The position numbers were made by a program, and so were the translations under genes. Shown here piece after piece: positions 42,307 to 54,211 of a stretch of DNA of 64,000 bases (positions are counted from its first letter, which is position 1; each line of letters begins with the position of its first letter). The stretch is from Amoebophrya sp. A120 (Eukaryota; Protista; Dinoflagellata): positions 11,014,634 to 11,078,633 of the forward strand of contig CAJINV010000002.1 of assembly GCA_905178155.1 (NCBI GenBank), in the 5' to 3' direction. Below the pieces are notes generated by a model. It had not been told where the DNA came from. It did not search any database and saw only the letters and a program-made list of their open reading frames with translations.

Positions 42307-44385
42307 TTACGATGCGCCGCGTCTAGCTATCTCGAGTCCTCGGATTCTATACGGTATCGGGCCTTCGGGCATCAATCGGCCAGTTATGCCTGGACGATCC
42401 CCACACTCGACCACGACCAGGACGACATCTTCAAAGCTCGCCACGGATGCAGGTTCAGTTCCCGCAGCGAGAAGACGACTGCACGAGGAGCCCGACACCT
42501 ACCCGCCTACCCAGCAGGCAAGCTACCATGAAAACGATTACCAAGGCAGCCAGGTTTTCCCGAGCAGCAGTGCGCCCCCCTCGTTTTTTTCCGATGGGGG
42601 CCGGCGCTTCGGTGCAGTTGCCGATCGCAGGCAAAAATCAAGTTCTACCTCTTCCGGGTGTTCGTTATTTAGCGGGTCCGGAAGTGGCTCGTCGACGGAA
42701 TCTACGCCATCTTCGAGCGTTTCTCCCGTCGCCAGGCCGCGCAGAACGGTATCCCGTGGAAACAATAAAACCAACTTTTGAGCAGGGCGCGCACGCGCAG
42801 CTTGTGCGGCGCTGGCTTTGTTACTGCTGCTCCAACACGATTTGCAATTTTAGGTAAAAGCATCAGCGATATAAGAAGTCAATTCGGATACGGATTGTTC
42901 GCCACAAAATGAGTTTAGAAGACAAGAAGAGTCAGAATGGAAATCGGACTTAGGGTAGGATCACGCCTACTGCGATTGGAATTCAATGACCAACAAATAG
43001 AAATCTATATTCTAAATCAAATGAAAACCCATGCTCAGGAAATGGAAATCGATGGCACACTGTCACTTGCGTGGTAGGGCCAGCATTAAAACAAAAATTG
43101 ATATCATATATACAAGGTTTCAGTTTGTCTATTACTATGTTTCGTTCGATTTAAGTTTCAAAATATTTCGGATGGTGGATGTGTTGGACAAGCAGAACCG
43201 CAAGGAACTCCTGGCGCTTACCGTTGTGGGCCGTCGATGATCTGCTACATCGTGATCCCCAAAAACAAAAAATGTATTTTTGATACAGGGATAGTAATTC
43301 AACAGTGCCTGGTGTATGTGTTGCTTCATGTGTAGTGTCCATCCGTCCTGTCTTCGCGGCAAGCTCGATGTGATGTTGCATCCCGACAGACGGGCGTTTC
43401 TTGAAAGTGTATGCTATCCATCTTGCGCTTGCTGTCAGACTTAGAGATAGAGGAGGTAGTAGTCTGCGTTTCATAACAATTGGGTTCATCAGAACCAGCA
43501 ATGCAAATGAACATGAGAAAACCTTTTTCTTGCCCGAATCTCGTCCTGTTTGATTTTGTTTCTTGACAAGTAATTCCGAACCACAACCACTTGCACCTCA
43601 TTGTGAATGTACCATAGCAGCTGCTTTTATTTCCAGTACCAGCTGAATCTGAAATTCCCCAGAATCAGAAAATGAGACGCAGTGGTGTAGTGATCTGGCA
43701 CGGTGACCGAGTCGCGTTTATCGTGGCAGGGGATTGTGTTCATTTTCGTCCTCTCGTGAACCCTTTTGCATTGCTCAGAAGGTCGGTGTCATGTCAACAG
43801 AAATGCCCGATAACATAAAGGTTAGAGTTGTCTACTATCGCAATCGCCACAGCGGCAGGGACAGCCCATGCCAGGTTCTATCGTTTTCAGTTTTTCGTGC
43901 TTGCCGGCCGGCGAAAGTCGACTTTGCTTCATATTCGTGCGCGTGTTATTTATTTTTCGCTATCGTCGAGCTCGAGATTGTGATTGTTTGAGATTCCCAC
44001 CAGAGCAGATGATTTCAAAAAATCGTCGCCGAGATCGTCGTAATAAATGAATCGCCAGTCAGACGCACTCTGCAAGAACGCGAGCCGCTGCACTTCCCAA
44101 CATCGATATTGCGTCTGCGTGATTTTGAAGAGTCGAACAGATGGGAGATGCTGGGTGAAGAAGATGAAGAGGGGCCGGGCTTTTTTGCTATTGAGAATAG
44201 ACTACTGCTCCGGACTGTCGACTTCATGCTTTCCGCATTTAGATTTAAACTTAGAGGCTGAGGATGTGCTTGTACTTGAGGTCGCTGTTCTGTTGCGCCA
44301 TCATATAGCAGTGCCGGCACTGGACATGAAAGTTAATATCGTGTTTATTGCTTGAGGTTGAGCATTGGCGTGTTTCCTGTCCCAG

Positions 44386-46932
44386 ATGCAAATGAGCACT
44401 AACGCCGGGGGCTCGGCGAACACGGTAGCACCCGGCTCGCACCCACCCCGGCGCGCAGATGAGCGGGAGCGCCGGCTTTCAACGGGCCGCGCGCTGCGGG
44501 AAGCCGGCGCCGTCGAAAGCCATGATGACCATGAGTTGCTCTGGCTTCCCCCTTCCGGGAGTGACATGATGCAGAGCGTCAGATCCTCACCACGCGTGAA
44601 GAAGGGCGCAACAAACATCTTCCTAGCATCCACGCCGGGCAGCTCCTCCGATCTTCGGGCCCGTGGGCCCGAAGAATCGCTGAGGCCACCCGCGACCGCG
44701 ATGACCAGCACTGGCCGAAAGTTGTTGCGTCGAAGCCCATTGCAGTCACGGGGGCCGCGCAAGACTTCATCGTCTCCATTGGGCAACATCTTCGCAGACC
44801 CCCGTCAGGAGCACGCTGTTTTTTCCAGAACCAGCAGAAGAACGGCGGCGGAGCAGAAATTTGCGGACTTCGGGAAAGAGTCTCCTCTCTTTGGGGCGGT
44901 CAGTTCTCCACACGGCAGTTCCTTTCCAGGATCAGATGCACTGCTTTCGCGAGTTAAAAATAAAGCAGTGTATCTAGCACAAGATTCCGATCGGGAGAAA
45001 GCGTCATCTTCCGCCTCTTCAAGTTTCCGTGCGTCAAGAAGTGACAGCAGTACTACGGTAATGCGAGGACAATTAGAGCAGGGCTTTGGTACCGCTGCAG
45101 CGGACAAGTTTGCAGCGGGAGCCGTGTCGACTACTCCACCCTTTTCGTCGTCTGCGTCGTCATGTTCCAGTAGCAGCAGAGGGAGCAGAGACTTCTTCGG
45201 CGGTGCTGCGCGTGGTGCCGCTGCAGCAACCGAACCACGCTTGCTCCCAGGCGAAAGTAGATCAAGCTGGACATCAAACAGGGCAGGCGCTTGTGCACCG
45301 GCGAACGCGGGGGCTGCTCCGTCGCACGACGAATATTCCAGCAGAGTTGACGAGCTTTCCGGAAGTTGTTCCCGTTTTTCTAGTACCTCAGCATCTGCTG
45401 CTTCTGCATCGCAATATCCTCGAAAGCAGCAGTTCGTACGTGCGGCGGAACCAGAAGCAGCATCAGCTGCCACGGGCGATGCGACGTTTCTGGACGGTGC
45501 AAGAACGTGGGGTGAGTCGACATCTTCTGCAGACCATGCGTATGGCTCAAAGCTGAAAGCTCCGGCCGCAACAGTTGCCTTCCCTGCTGCCGACGCATCA
45601 TCATTTTATTCCGTTCTGTCCGGCAGCTCCGCAGTGATCTCTCCGCACTGCAGTGTGTCCTCATCATCTTCTGTCAAGCGGCGGATGCAGGAAGGCAGGA
45701 GCCAGCTCTTGAACGCATCATCTGTTGTGTCGTCTCTGATCACTCAAGCCGGTGAAAGTGCGCGAACTGCTATGCGGACGTCCTTTTCGGCGCGTGTGCA
45801 CCGCTCGTTTTCACCCAACCATCGCCCCCCCGGTGCGTTCCGCAAAGGATCTTCTGTGTCTCCAGGTGGTGCAGTGCCAGGGGGAAATAAGTGGACGTCC
45901 TCGACGGCGGATCGAGCACGACGACCGCTCCTGCATACGAGAGTTGATGAAAAAGGAGAAAATAAAAATGCAGGCGAAAATAAAACAAGCCAAGGACTGC
46001 ATCTGTGGCTGCGTGAGGATGGAACAACGACGCAAGATAAACAAGATCTTCAACATATCAATGTGCCAGTACAAAATAAAGAACCTGCGCCGCGCGCGGC
46101 CCAAGCGCTTCCCGGATCGCGGGTGAATCTAAAATCTTTGCAGCTGCGGGACAAGGCGCAGCTGTTCGTCGAGCTCTTGGGAAGTCCGGAAAAACTGACG
46201 GAAAGTCTGCAGATTCGTGTCCCGCGAACAGGAACAACCGCATCGCCAGAGCACCGGGTCGAGCGGGCTTTGAGTGTCGCGCGGAATTCGCTGCGCAGTT
46301 CAACGAATAATCGCAGTGCCGAGATGGCCGATCAGCTGCGGCTTGTGCAGCGCTCATTCTCACCACGAAACTTTATCCGCAGATTCAAAGCCCAGCAGCA
46401 GCGACAGCACCATCTGCAGGGCGATTACCGCGTAGTAAAGTCCCTTCCTCATTCCAATTACGATGAGCGACCCGCGCATGCTCCTCCTCCTCTTGGAAGC
46501 CGAGCAGTAGCAACTACAGCAGAGTCCGCGACGAGACTGAAATCCTCACCCGCGTTCGAGGATCCATCGCTGTATGGCTTTCAGCATGAGGGGTGTCACG
46601 ACGGTATTGATCACGACCCCGATCACCACGCTGAAAGTCCAGCCTGGAGGGCGGATCTCTACACGGTAGGAGATGCGTTGCCGACGAACCCGCACACCCA
46701 CGATAGTTCTGGCACGAATGCTGCAAACCGAGGTATTATTGTGCAGGACGTCGACCAAGTAGCTAGTACATCAAAGCCACCTTACGTGGCACTTGCACTA
46801 AGGGAGGCTGCGGCTCTGCGCGCTGCAGAACGGGAGCGCGAGCGTAGAGTTGCCCAGCAAAAGCAAGAGAGTTTCTTGCTCCGGTCCACCCGCGTTTCTC
46901 GTTCTCCAGCTTCGCGTTACGAAAGTGGATAG
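44386..46932 (+). CDS. Hypothetical Ser/Ala/Arg-rich protein (~850 aa)
   Basis: Long open frame; no recognisable domain. Confidence 0.72.
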   Translation: MQMSTNAGGSANTVAPGSHPPRRADERERRLSTGRALREAGAVESHDDHELLWLPPSGSDMMQSVRSSPRVKKGATNIFLASTPGSSSDLRARGPEESLRPPATAMTSTGRKLLRRSPLQSRGPRKTSSSPLGNIFADPRQEHAVFSRTSRRTAAEQKFADFGKESPLFGAVSSPHGSSFPGSDALLSRVKNKAVYLAQDSDREKASSSASSSFRASRSDSSTTVMRGQLEQGFGTAAADKFAAGAVSTTPPFSSSASSCSSSSRGSRDFFGGAARGAAAATEPRLLPGESRSSWTSNRAGACAPANAGAAPSHDEYSSRVDELSGSCSRFSSTSASAASASQYPRKQQFVRAAEPEAASAATGDATFLDGARTWGESTSSADHAYGSKLKAPAATVAFPAADASSFYSVLSGSSAVISPHCSVSSSSSVKRRMQEGRSQLLNASSVVSSLITQAGESARTAMRTSFSARVHRSFSPNHRPPGAFRKGSSVSPGGAVPGGNKWTSSTADRARRPLLHTRVDEKGENKNAGENKTSQGLHLWLREDGTTTQDKQDLQHINVPVQNKEPAPRAAQALPGSRVNLKSLQLRDKAQLFVELLGSPEKLTESLQIRVPRTGTTASPEHRVERALSVARNSLRSSTNNRSAEMADQLRLVQRSFSPRNFIRRFKAQQQRQHHLQGDYRVVKSLPHSNYDERPAHAPPPLGSRAVATTAESATRLKSSPAFEDPSLYGFQHEGCHDGIDHDPDHHAESPAWRADLYTVGDALPTNPHTHDSSGTNAANRGIIVQDVDQVASTSKPPYVALALREAAALRAAERERERRVAQQKQESFLLRSTRVSRSPASRYESG

Positions 46933-47267
46933 GTCTTACCCCGCCCTCTTCTTGGCCGACGTGCATCTAACTTTGGCAAAAGATAGAAACGATTGCTAGG
47001 GCAAGATAAAGAATGCAGGAAATTCTGGTGCATAACTTTAACTACCTGTACCTAGACTTCTGTGGTTAGTTTTTTACTTGTGTCTTCCTCCGGAAACTGT
47101 CATACAAATAACACAGCCAAGTGCAAACGAAATCAAATGGGTATCATGGCAACCCAAAGTCACAGAAAAAGGTAGGACTATGCAAAAGAAGCGGAGGAGG
47201 AGCTGTTCACTAGCATACGCGTTCGCGACCGGAGACACCAGCCGGCGCGACTAGGAACGGCCTATCG

Positions 47268-47966
47268 TTGTTTGGGAATTCGGATTGTTTTTCATCTCAG
47301 CACCATCAAGAGCAGCACGAGGTGCTTGCACCGGGAAAGAACTTGGAGCCCCAAACGCGAAGAAGTTGCAGCAGTAGAAGGAACCGCCTTGACCCGGTTT
47401 TTTTACCGCCCAACTCGTCGCCCCAGTCAGCTTCTTCTCACGAAGGAAGCCTTACTGTGAGCGTTGGCGCGCAAGGGTCGACAGAGCGAGTCAATCTAAA
47501 GCGGTGGCGTCCAACCGACGGTACGCACGGCTTGAGCAGTCGTTCAGCGACTTCCGCCTCCGTACATGCATCCGTTTCCGGCACAACACTGCCAGCGCGA
47601 AGTGGCTCTCAACGTCGAGAGGGGCCGCCTCGCAGTGAAGTTGCAATGCCCAAAACTACTTCCGAGCTCCTAGAAGAGCGCAGTCGTCCGAGAGATCATG
47701 AGGAGAGGAAGCATCTTTTCTTGTCCAAGCCGCGACGGCCATCACAACTGCAACTCTCTGCACACGATGACGACTCGCATGCGCATTACATAGAAGACGA
47801 CCACCACGCAACCTCCTCAAAGACGCGACTGCGGACCGCTCCCCTGTTTGGGCACAATCATGCCAATGGACCAGCTGTTTTCGGCCCGGTACAAGTGTTT
47901 TTTTTATGTAACGCTGAAGGACAAGGCTTAGCCAGTTTCCGAAGCATAGTTCTGTCGAAGAAGTAA
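47268..47966 (+). CDS. Probable exon of a hypothetical protein, possibly spliced to the 48212 ORF
   Basis: 232-codon frame with host-like composition; a phase-0 GT (47889) to AG (48178) join would be in frame. Confidence 0.4.
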   Translation: MFGNSDCFSSQHHQEQHEVLAPGKNLEPQTRRSCSSRRNRLDPVFLPPNSSPQSASSHEGSLTVSVGAQGSTERVNLKRWRPTDGTHGLSSRSATSASVHASVSGTTLPARSGSQRREGPPRSEVAMPKTTSELLEERSRPRDHEERKHLFLSKPRRPSQLQLSAHDDDSHAHYIEDDHHATSSKTRLRTAPLFGHNHANGPAVFGPVQVFFLCNAEGQGLASFRSIVLSKK

Positions 47967-48211
47967 GTAGCACTGCAGCTCCTCTAACTGACTCCGTTGC
48001 AGAATCTTACGGAGAGATTCGGATCGTGCGCGGGCTAGTTATTGACGTCCGTTTTGGCGTCGATAGTCTCAACAAGCATGATGGGTATCCATTGAAAATA
48101 GTACGCAGGGATCGATAAATTTATATTCATGACGAACGGGCGTACGCGTAGAATTGATTTGATTCCATCTGTAAACAGCCCCAGCTATTTTACCCGCACG
48201 CGCACTTTGGT

Positions 48212-51088
48212 GTGGATCCAGCCGCTTCTATCTCCGAGAGCGAACATGCCGTAACCACCTGTACTGGCGGGGTGGAAGATTCATCGAATTTCGCGAACGT
48301 GCCAAGATTCACGACTCAGCGAGGCTCCTTCTCTGCATCTGCTTTCGCGCAAACACGGCCGCCCGACGCAGCAGAGAAGACACCTCTCTCGGAAAAGGCT
48401 GTTGACCACAAACACGCTTTTTTTCGGTCGATGAGCTGCAGCGAAGAAAACGAAGGAACAAGAAGTGCGAGCTCAAGCAGCTCTACAGTCGGTAACTTCA
48501 TCTCCACTTCCAGCAAAAACTTCGGCAGCGAGGCGGGGTGCGCGAAATCGTTACCACGTCCGTCATCTGCGTCCACCCGGCGAGAAAGTTCTTCCTTGAC
48601 GTTTCAGTTGCAGATGCTCCGCCCGCAAGAGAAGGAACAGAACAGCGAAGGGCGCCGCGGCAGTGATGCTGAAGCTGATGGAGGAACAGCGCACCAAGTA
48701 ACCAACGGGCTCCAGGAGCATTTGGAAGCCGTCCAGTCATCCTCCCTAACAATTCAGGAGCTGCAGGCGGAAAGCAATCGGCTGAAGTTCGCGCGCAGGC
48801 AGGACCAGGACACCATTGTGAAACTGCGGGCAGAGCTCTCTTGTCTTCGACAACAGCAAAAAGTGAAAGAGCAAGCAACTACGGAAGCTCCCCCTGCGAG
48901 TGCTAGCGTGGAACGACCTAACGCAGCAAACAAACCAGAACGAGCGAGCGCCGCAGGTACAGATGGCAATAGCTTTTTTTCTGAGCTGCCTGCTGGTGGA
49001 CCACGACCAGCGAGTCAAGGTCACGGGCACGGTCAGCCCGCGTTTGGTTCCAAGCTCCTTTCCACACAGGAGTTGCTGGAGCACGTAAAACGCGAGCGCG
49101 CGAATACTGCCGAAACGACGACTAACGGCGTATTACCATCTCGCGAAGTCGTCCCGGATGGCCCCGTCGACGTCACTTCTGAGTTCCAGTGCGGTACTAC
49201 CAGCAGGGACGGCACGACTACTACTGGCATAGTGCCATGCGGCCGGCGGGAGGAAAAGAACGAAACTCCGCTACAGCTGCTCGAGATAGAAAAGAACGAA
49301 AAAATTACCCTGAAAAGAAAAATAGTTTCGCTTTCGGAAGAATTAGCGGAAAAAAACCGGGAAAAGGAACACGTGGAGAGCACGTGGGCGAAGCAGATTG
49401 CGGCCCTTCGCGACGTGCTGCGAGCAAAGAGCCTAGAACTCGAGGGAAAAACGCAATTGCACGTAAAAGCCGAGTCCAGTTTTGTTCGCATCTCCACGCT
49501 GCTGCGGAACCTAGCATGTAGCGGCGGTTCTGGTAGTTGTTCGAACTACTCGCAGAGGACTAGCAATGGTCACGGTATAATATCCTCATCGGATGCCTGC
49601 ACACACAGCATAGAACTGCAAGATCATCAACTTTCCAGAATGCCTGCGCCGGCGCCGTCGATCGAGACCAACGACAAAGAAACAACAAGCATGAACGGTT
49701 TGGGATGCGAGAACTCTGTGGCCGGCACCGGCGCAGTGGTCCGGTCTACTGTAAACGAGTTGGTCGAACTAGTCTTGGAGGGATGTTGTGTTGCTGCTCC
49801 AGGGGAAACTGAGGCATCGTCCGGAGACCGTGAAACTACAAGGGATCAACTGTTAAGCCACTTTTTACATCTGCAGCAGCGACTGGGTTCTGGACGTGCA
49901 GATGCCAACGCGAAGGAAGAAGAAGAGCAGAACTCAACCAGTCCAAGTGGTGCTGCGTCGCCCGCTTGTCTTGCGGACCCATGGTGCTCCGCAGGGTTCG
50001 ACAAGAAGGACGTGATCGCTGCGACGCAACAAGTGGGGCCGGCTCCATTCTCTTCGGTAGCAGAGCGTCGGAAGCTCTTTGAAAGTCCGACCAAGCCAGC
50101 GGATGAGACGGCACTACAGGGACGAAAAAGTGCAACCCCGTCACCTTGGAAGCTGAAGAACAAAGGTGGCGTTTTTCCATGCGCCACTGTCGGAGACGAC
50201 GGACAGGATGCTTCCCCCCCTCTCGCTTCTCGTCTTGATCGCGAGCCATTGCGGTCGCCGCTGCCGGTGGTAGTAGACGACGCCGCTGCAGCACCTTCTT
50301 CACCAATTGTACATGCGGCGGCACGAGCAGTGGCGTCTTCAAGTCTACCAGAACAAGGCGAAGCACAAGGAGCCTTGAACCCTGCATCATCTGGCAGTAC
50401 AGATGACTCCACGGCCATCGTGGCTACAGCTGCGTCTCGTGCAGTAGTGCCTGCCGTAGAAGATGAAGTAGTCACGGTGGTATCAACTCCTAGAATCGAG
50501 CCCAGGTGTAACGACGGTGAGCGCAGTACTAGCTCCGGTAGCACACGCCACTGCGCTGGCCCAGAACAATCTGACGTTTTGCCAATCCACAGCAACAGCA
50601 AACCAGTCCACAGCATCGCTGGGGACAACGGGACTGCAACGGTGCAAGCAGGAGTTTCGTCTGAAGCTGGTCTGTTTGCACAGTCCCAGAGCACCTCCGC
50701 CTCCGGTGGCGCACCACCAGATGGAGCGACGAAGATGATGTCGACTACTTCCGAAGTAGACTTGTCGGCATTATCAACCCCGTCAAACAGCCGCCAAAAC
50801 CACAAGACTTCGGAGGCAGTGCGCGTGAAACGAAATAAAAACACGGAATCCACTGCTACAAAAGGAAAGTCAAAAAGATCCCTGTCGTTTCCGTCATCAC
50901 GGGCAGGATCCAAAAGCGATGCGAGCGCCGGCGGTGCGGCTACGAACCACGCCGAAGCGCTAGGCCTGCAACTGCTGGCGGACTGCCCGCTGGAGGGAGA
51001 CCTTTTATCTGTATCCTCAAATTCAACTCCCGAGATCGTCGACGAGGAAGCAGGAGGTTTTGGGAACCTAATTCGTTCGACGTCCTAA
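48212..51088 (+). CDS. Hypothetical 958-aa protein with coiled-coil segments
   Basis: Long ORF with heptad-like stretches (LQAESNRLK...KLRAELSCLRQQQ; LKRKIVSLSEELAEKNREKE). Confidence 0.75.
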   Translation: MDPAASISESEHAVTTCTGGVEDSSNFANVPRFTTQRGSFSASAFAQTRPPDAAEKTPLSEKAVDHKHAFFRSMSCSEENEGTRSASSSSSTVGNFISTSSKNFGSEAGCAKSLPRPSSASTRRESSSLTFQLQMLRPQEKEQNSEGRRGSDAEADGGTAHQVTNGLQEHLEAVQSSSLTIQELQAESNRLKFARRQDQDTIVKLRAELSCLRQQQKVKEQATTEAPPASASVERPNAANKPERASAAGTDGNSFFSELPAGGPRPASQGHGHGQPAFGSKLLSTQELLEHVKRERANTAETTTNGVLPSREVVPDGPVDVTSEFQCGTTSRDGTTTTGIVPCGRREEKNETPLQLLEIEKNEKITLKRKIVSLSEELAEKNREKEHVESTWAKQIAALRDVLRAKSLELEGKTQLHVKAESSFVRISTLLRNLACSGGSGSCSNYSQRTSNGHGIISSSDACTHSIELQDHQLSRMPAPAPSIETNDKETTSMNGLGCENSVAGTGAVVRSTVNELVELVLEGCCVAAPGETEASSGDRETTRDQLLSHFLHLQQRLGSGRADANAKEEEEQNSTSPSGAASPACLADPWCSAGFDKKDVIAATQQVGPAPFSSVAERRKLFESPTKPADETALQGRKSATPSPWKLKNKGGVFPCATVGDDGQDASPPLASRLDREPLRSPLPVVVDDAAAAPSSPIVHAAARAVASSSLPEQGEAQGALNPASSGSTDDSTAIVATAASRAVVPAVEDEVVTVVSTPRIEPRCNDGERSTSSGSTRHCAGPEQSDVLPIHSNSKPVHSIAGDNGTATVQAGVSSEAGLFAQSQSTSASGGAPPDGATKMMSTTSEVDLSALSTPSNSRQNHKTSEAVRVKRNKNTESTATKGKSKRSLSFPSSRAGSKSDASAGGAATNHAEALGLQLLADCPLEGDLLSVSSNSTPEIVDEEAGGFGNLIRSTS

Positions 51089-51773
51089 TGGAAGAAGCTG
51101 CAAGTTTTCACGGTGTGGAAGTGGTAGTTGCGATGTGATTCCGATTACGACAGGACGATCAAAATCATGATAAGTAAAGAAGAGAGATGTTGAGGAAGAG
51201 GATGATCTGCAAAGAAAGTAGAGACTCTAATTCATCCTCATGTCTTCCCCTTCCACCGATGTTTCGCCTTTGCTTTGATCCTGGTAGGAAAAAGACAGAA
51301 TTTTCGATTGTACAACTAGGCTGTACTACAACAACGTTTCATGATCTGTTTCACGCTTCGAGTTTCTATCGTGCTTGCGCGAAAATTGAATGAATATGAT
51401 ACTATTGCAACTTGGAATTCTGACACTGAACACGTATGAATATCAATATGGCAGATCGCCGCGAGCGTGGACGGCGACTCCGGTGACAAAGCTAAAAAAC
51501 CAATGAATAAAGACGACCAGCGATTTGTAGTAATGAGAAGTTGTAGAAGAAGACCGATTCCAAAAAAAACATCGAAGTCACAACCAAGAGATCGGCACAC
51601 GAGTTGTGTATATCGATCGGGCGTTAGTATTATGCTCGATCAGCTTTATATAGCGGCAGCGTCTACAACCCAATCCCAACCGGAACCGCCAGAATCAATC
51701 TGCGCTAGAGCGCAGGAGGTTTCTTGTAGCGACGAGGGTGAGAGAGGAGCGCCGCAATAAGAGCAATCATTCC

Positions 51774-51789
51774 GTGTGTGTGTGTGTGT
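51774..51789. repeat. (GT)8 microsatellite
   Basis: Read directly from the sequence. Confidence 0.9.
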
Positions 51790-52339
51790 TTGGAGTGGCG
51801 CACCTCTCTACTAGGCGGAGGCTGCGTAGCTTTGCAGCTCCCTACAACAGAACGCAAGGCCCAGCGCGAGCAGAACCAGACCAAAACACCGGATAGGGGC
51901 CTCCAACGCGAGGAGCCAAAATTTCATGTTTCGTAGGTGAAAATACAATCTCGGGGCCTGGCAAATTTTGAAAAATGACCCAAAAATATTTGTTGGAGAC
52001 GAGCGTGAGTGTGGTCCTAGCACCTAAACGTATAGCCTGGAACGTGAGTAGTTTGGAACTTCAACTTAGAAGACACGCTTCGCTCTTTTGGTAAGATCAT
52101 ACGAATATTATTGCATTGCCCTGTTCAACGAATGAATGTGACTGTGAGCCTCTGCCTCAGACAAGCAGCGTTGTTGTTCGTTGGACGTAGAACCGACGGC
52201 CCTGCCAAGCAGACGTGGCCCAGTGTGCCCCTTCCATACCGTTAGCTGAGAAGCTCTATGCTGGCAGTAGTTTCTCTTTATCGGATTCTCACGCCAGTCC
52301 CTGATTCTGCTTTCATTCGCATTCTACCGTGTAAGTAAA

Positions 52340-54211
52340 ATGGAAGTCGGGCAGCTTGTCGCCCCGGCTCCGGCCGCAACCGCACAGGTTTCTGCGAGCT
52401 CCCTCTTGAGCGCACTGCTGCGAGAGGAATCTGGGCGGTGCTATCGCATGCTCCTCCTTTCACCCACGACAACAGCTACCAGCTGCCTGGGCTTCGTGGT
52501 TCCCCGGCTGAACTCAGAGAATGCGCCGCCGCCGGAGCTGTTGCCCTACGTGCTGCAAACTGCGGCCGACTACGCCTCCGTCGCGCGACGCTGGTCGCAG
52601 GCTCTGACTGAGTGCAACAGCATCCTTCGCCGTTTCTTCCGCTTGGGTAGCTGGGTCTCCAGTCGCATGGTATTGGAAATCGAGACCGCGCTGCGGCGCA
52701 TTCTGCACCTCGAGAGTGTAGCCCCTCCGGTGCGATTGTTTTGCCTGCGAGAGCCGCGCTTCAGCGTCGTGTTCGCCCTTCCTCTTGAGCTGTCGGTGTC
52801 CCGAATCGTGTCACTGCCGCTGGTTCTAGAGACTAGCCAAAATAATTATGAACATCAAGGTGCAGAAACTACAACAAGAAAGAACGATAAAACTATCCGA
52901 CCTGAGAAAATTAAGCTTCGCGTTTCGGAGCGGTCTTTGATAACTAGGACACCGATACTCGGGACGTCAGGCAAGACAGCGAGCTTTCTGGAACCGATAG
53001 TACAACCATCAACGATAGGCGTTCAGGACCAACTGTACGGTGCGGTGACTGAGGGATCTGCTGGTGCGTTGGCCTCGAGTAGTGGTTGTATTAGCGGGCT
53101 CCGCTTCGATGACAGAGCAGAGCTTCTATTCCGTGTCGTCGGTCTGGTCAACGCTGCCGGCGGAGGGGACAGTCCGCTGAAACGCAGTACGGGTGCTGGA
53201 ACAAGCAAAGCTTTACTCTACAGTGCGCGCGGAACCAAGCACTTTGCCGCGTGTTTCCTGCCATACTTCACGAAGCCCGCCAACGATCCGCGGGAGCGCG
53301 TGTACGTCCATGCGGACGCGTCGGAGAACTTTGCGCTTGATCCGATGAACAAGCATCGTGACACGTCCGCCGGCGCGGGCTCGCACGACCACGACGAGGC
53401 GGATCTACAACACGAAGACACACCGGCATACTGCGCAAAGACGGGGCGGTTTTACAAGGTTCTGCGATCCGGGAAGGCCGTGCGGGGCGTCGTGCACGAC
53501 CGGAACTGGGTTGTGGTAGACTGTGACGTTTACGGAAAGCTGTACCTTCCACGCACGGATCATTTTACCGACGCGGCTTTTTTAGCACCCGAGGAGCGCG
53601 CTTGTGGTACCAGTGGTACCGACCTCATCCACGCCGGCACGACGAGGAAAAACAATGGCGCCGCGTCGGAACAAATTGTAGGAGACGAAACGGCAGCGGC
53701 GAGAGAGGCAAGTGGAAGAACTGGCACGCCATCTCCATGCGCGCCGCACTCACCTGTACTTTCTGCTGCATCGCCTCGCTCCGCGTCACCTCGACGCAGG
53801 CGGGGGTCCAGCTCGCCGGCCTCGCGTGCCGGCGGTGCGGCGACTGCCAGGGGACCCGTTACAAACTTTTTGTGCGTGTTGGACCTGCAAAAGGAAGCTC
53901 ACCGCATGGCACTGGAGAAAGCTGCCGAGCAGGAAAGGCAGCGAGTATCCTTGTGTCAACGAGTGCTTTTAGTCCCCTGGGCGAGCTGCACCCGGGTGGA
54001 AGAAGATTCTCCATGTCTGTGCTACTTAGCGTGGCACCGAGTGAATGAATTTTTTCTCCAACGAGGACCTCTTCCCTCTGCTTTGGTATACGCAGAGCTG
54101 AAAGTAAGTGGTAGGCTCATGCACTTGCCCTGTCATGATCATGAACTATCAACGCTGCGCCACACTGTGACAACCTCCAAGAGAGCAAGCATACGCATCG
54201 CATCAAGATGA
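52340..54211 (+). CDS. Hypothetical 623-aa protein
   Basis: ATG-started long ORF with globular-looking segments; no domain recognised. Confidence 0.7.
   Translation: MEVGQLVAPAPAATAQVSASSLLSALLREESGRCYRMLLLSPTTTATSCLGFVVPRLNSENAPPPELLPYVLQTAADYASVARRWSQALTECNSILRRFFRLGSWVSSRMVLEIETALRRILHLESVAPPVRLFCLREPRFSVVFALPLELSVSRIVSLPLVLETSQNNYEHQGAETTTRKNDKTIRPEKIKLRVSERSLITRTPILGTSGKTASFLEPIVQPSTIGVQDQLYGAVTEGSAGALASSSGCISGLRFDDRAELLFRVVGLVNAAGGGDSPLKRSTGAGTSKALLYSARGTKHFAACFLPYFTKPANDPRERVYVHADASENFALDPMNKHRDTSAGAGSHDHDEADLQHEDTPAYCAKTGRFYKVLRSGKAVRGVVHDRNWVVVDCDVYGKLYLPRTDHFTDAAFLAPEERACGTSGTDLIHAGTTRKNNGAASEQIVGDETAAAREASGRTGTPSPCAPHSPVLSAASPRSASPRRRRGSSSPASRAGGAATARGPVTNFLCVLDLQKEAHRMALEKAAEQERQRVSLCQRVLLVPWASCTRVEEDSPCLCYLAWHRVNEFFLQRGPLPSALVYAELKVSGRLMHLPCHDHELSTLRHTVTTSKRASIRIASR

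Larger units (their letters stand above)
30829..42620 (+). mobile_element. Giant divergent non-LTR retrotransposon (APE-RT type); boundaries approximate
   Basis: Intronless, A-rich + strand distinct from host genes; APE and RT motifs in ORF 32293-41613; repeated 3' region. No TSD or poly(A) tail found by eye. Confidence 0.8.

Noticed and set aside
30690-42900. Target-site duplication or poly(A) tail for the giant retroelement
   Set aside because: Only weak similarity (TTAGG.AAAGC near 30710 and 42850), not convincing, so the element boundaries remain approximate.
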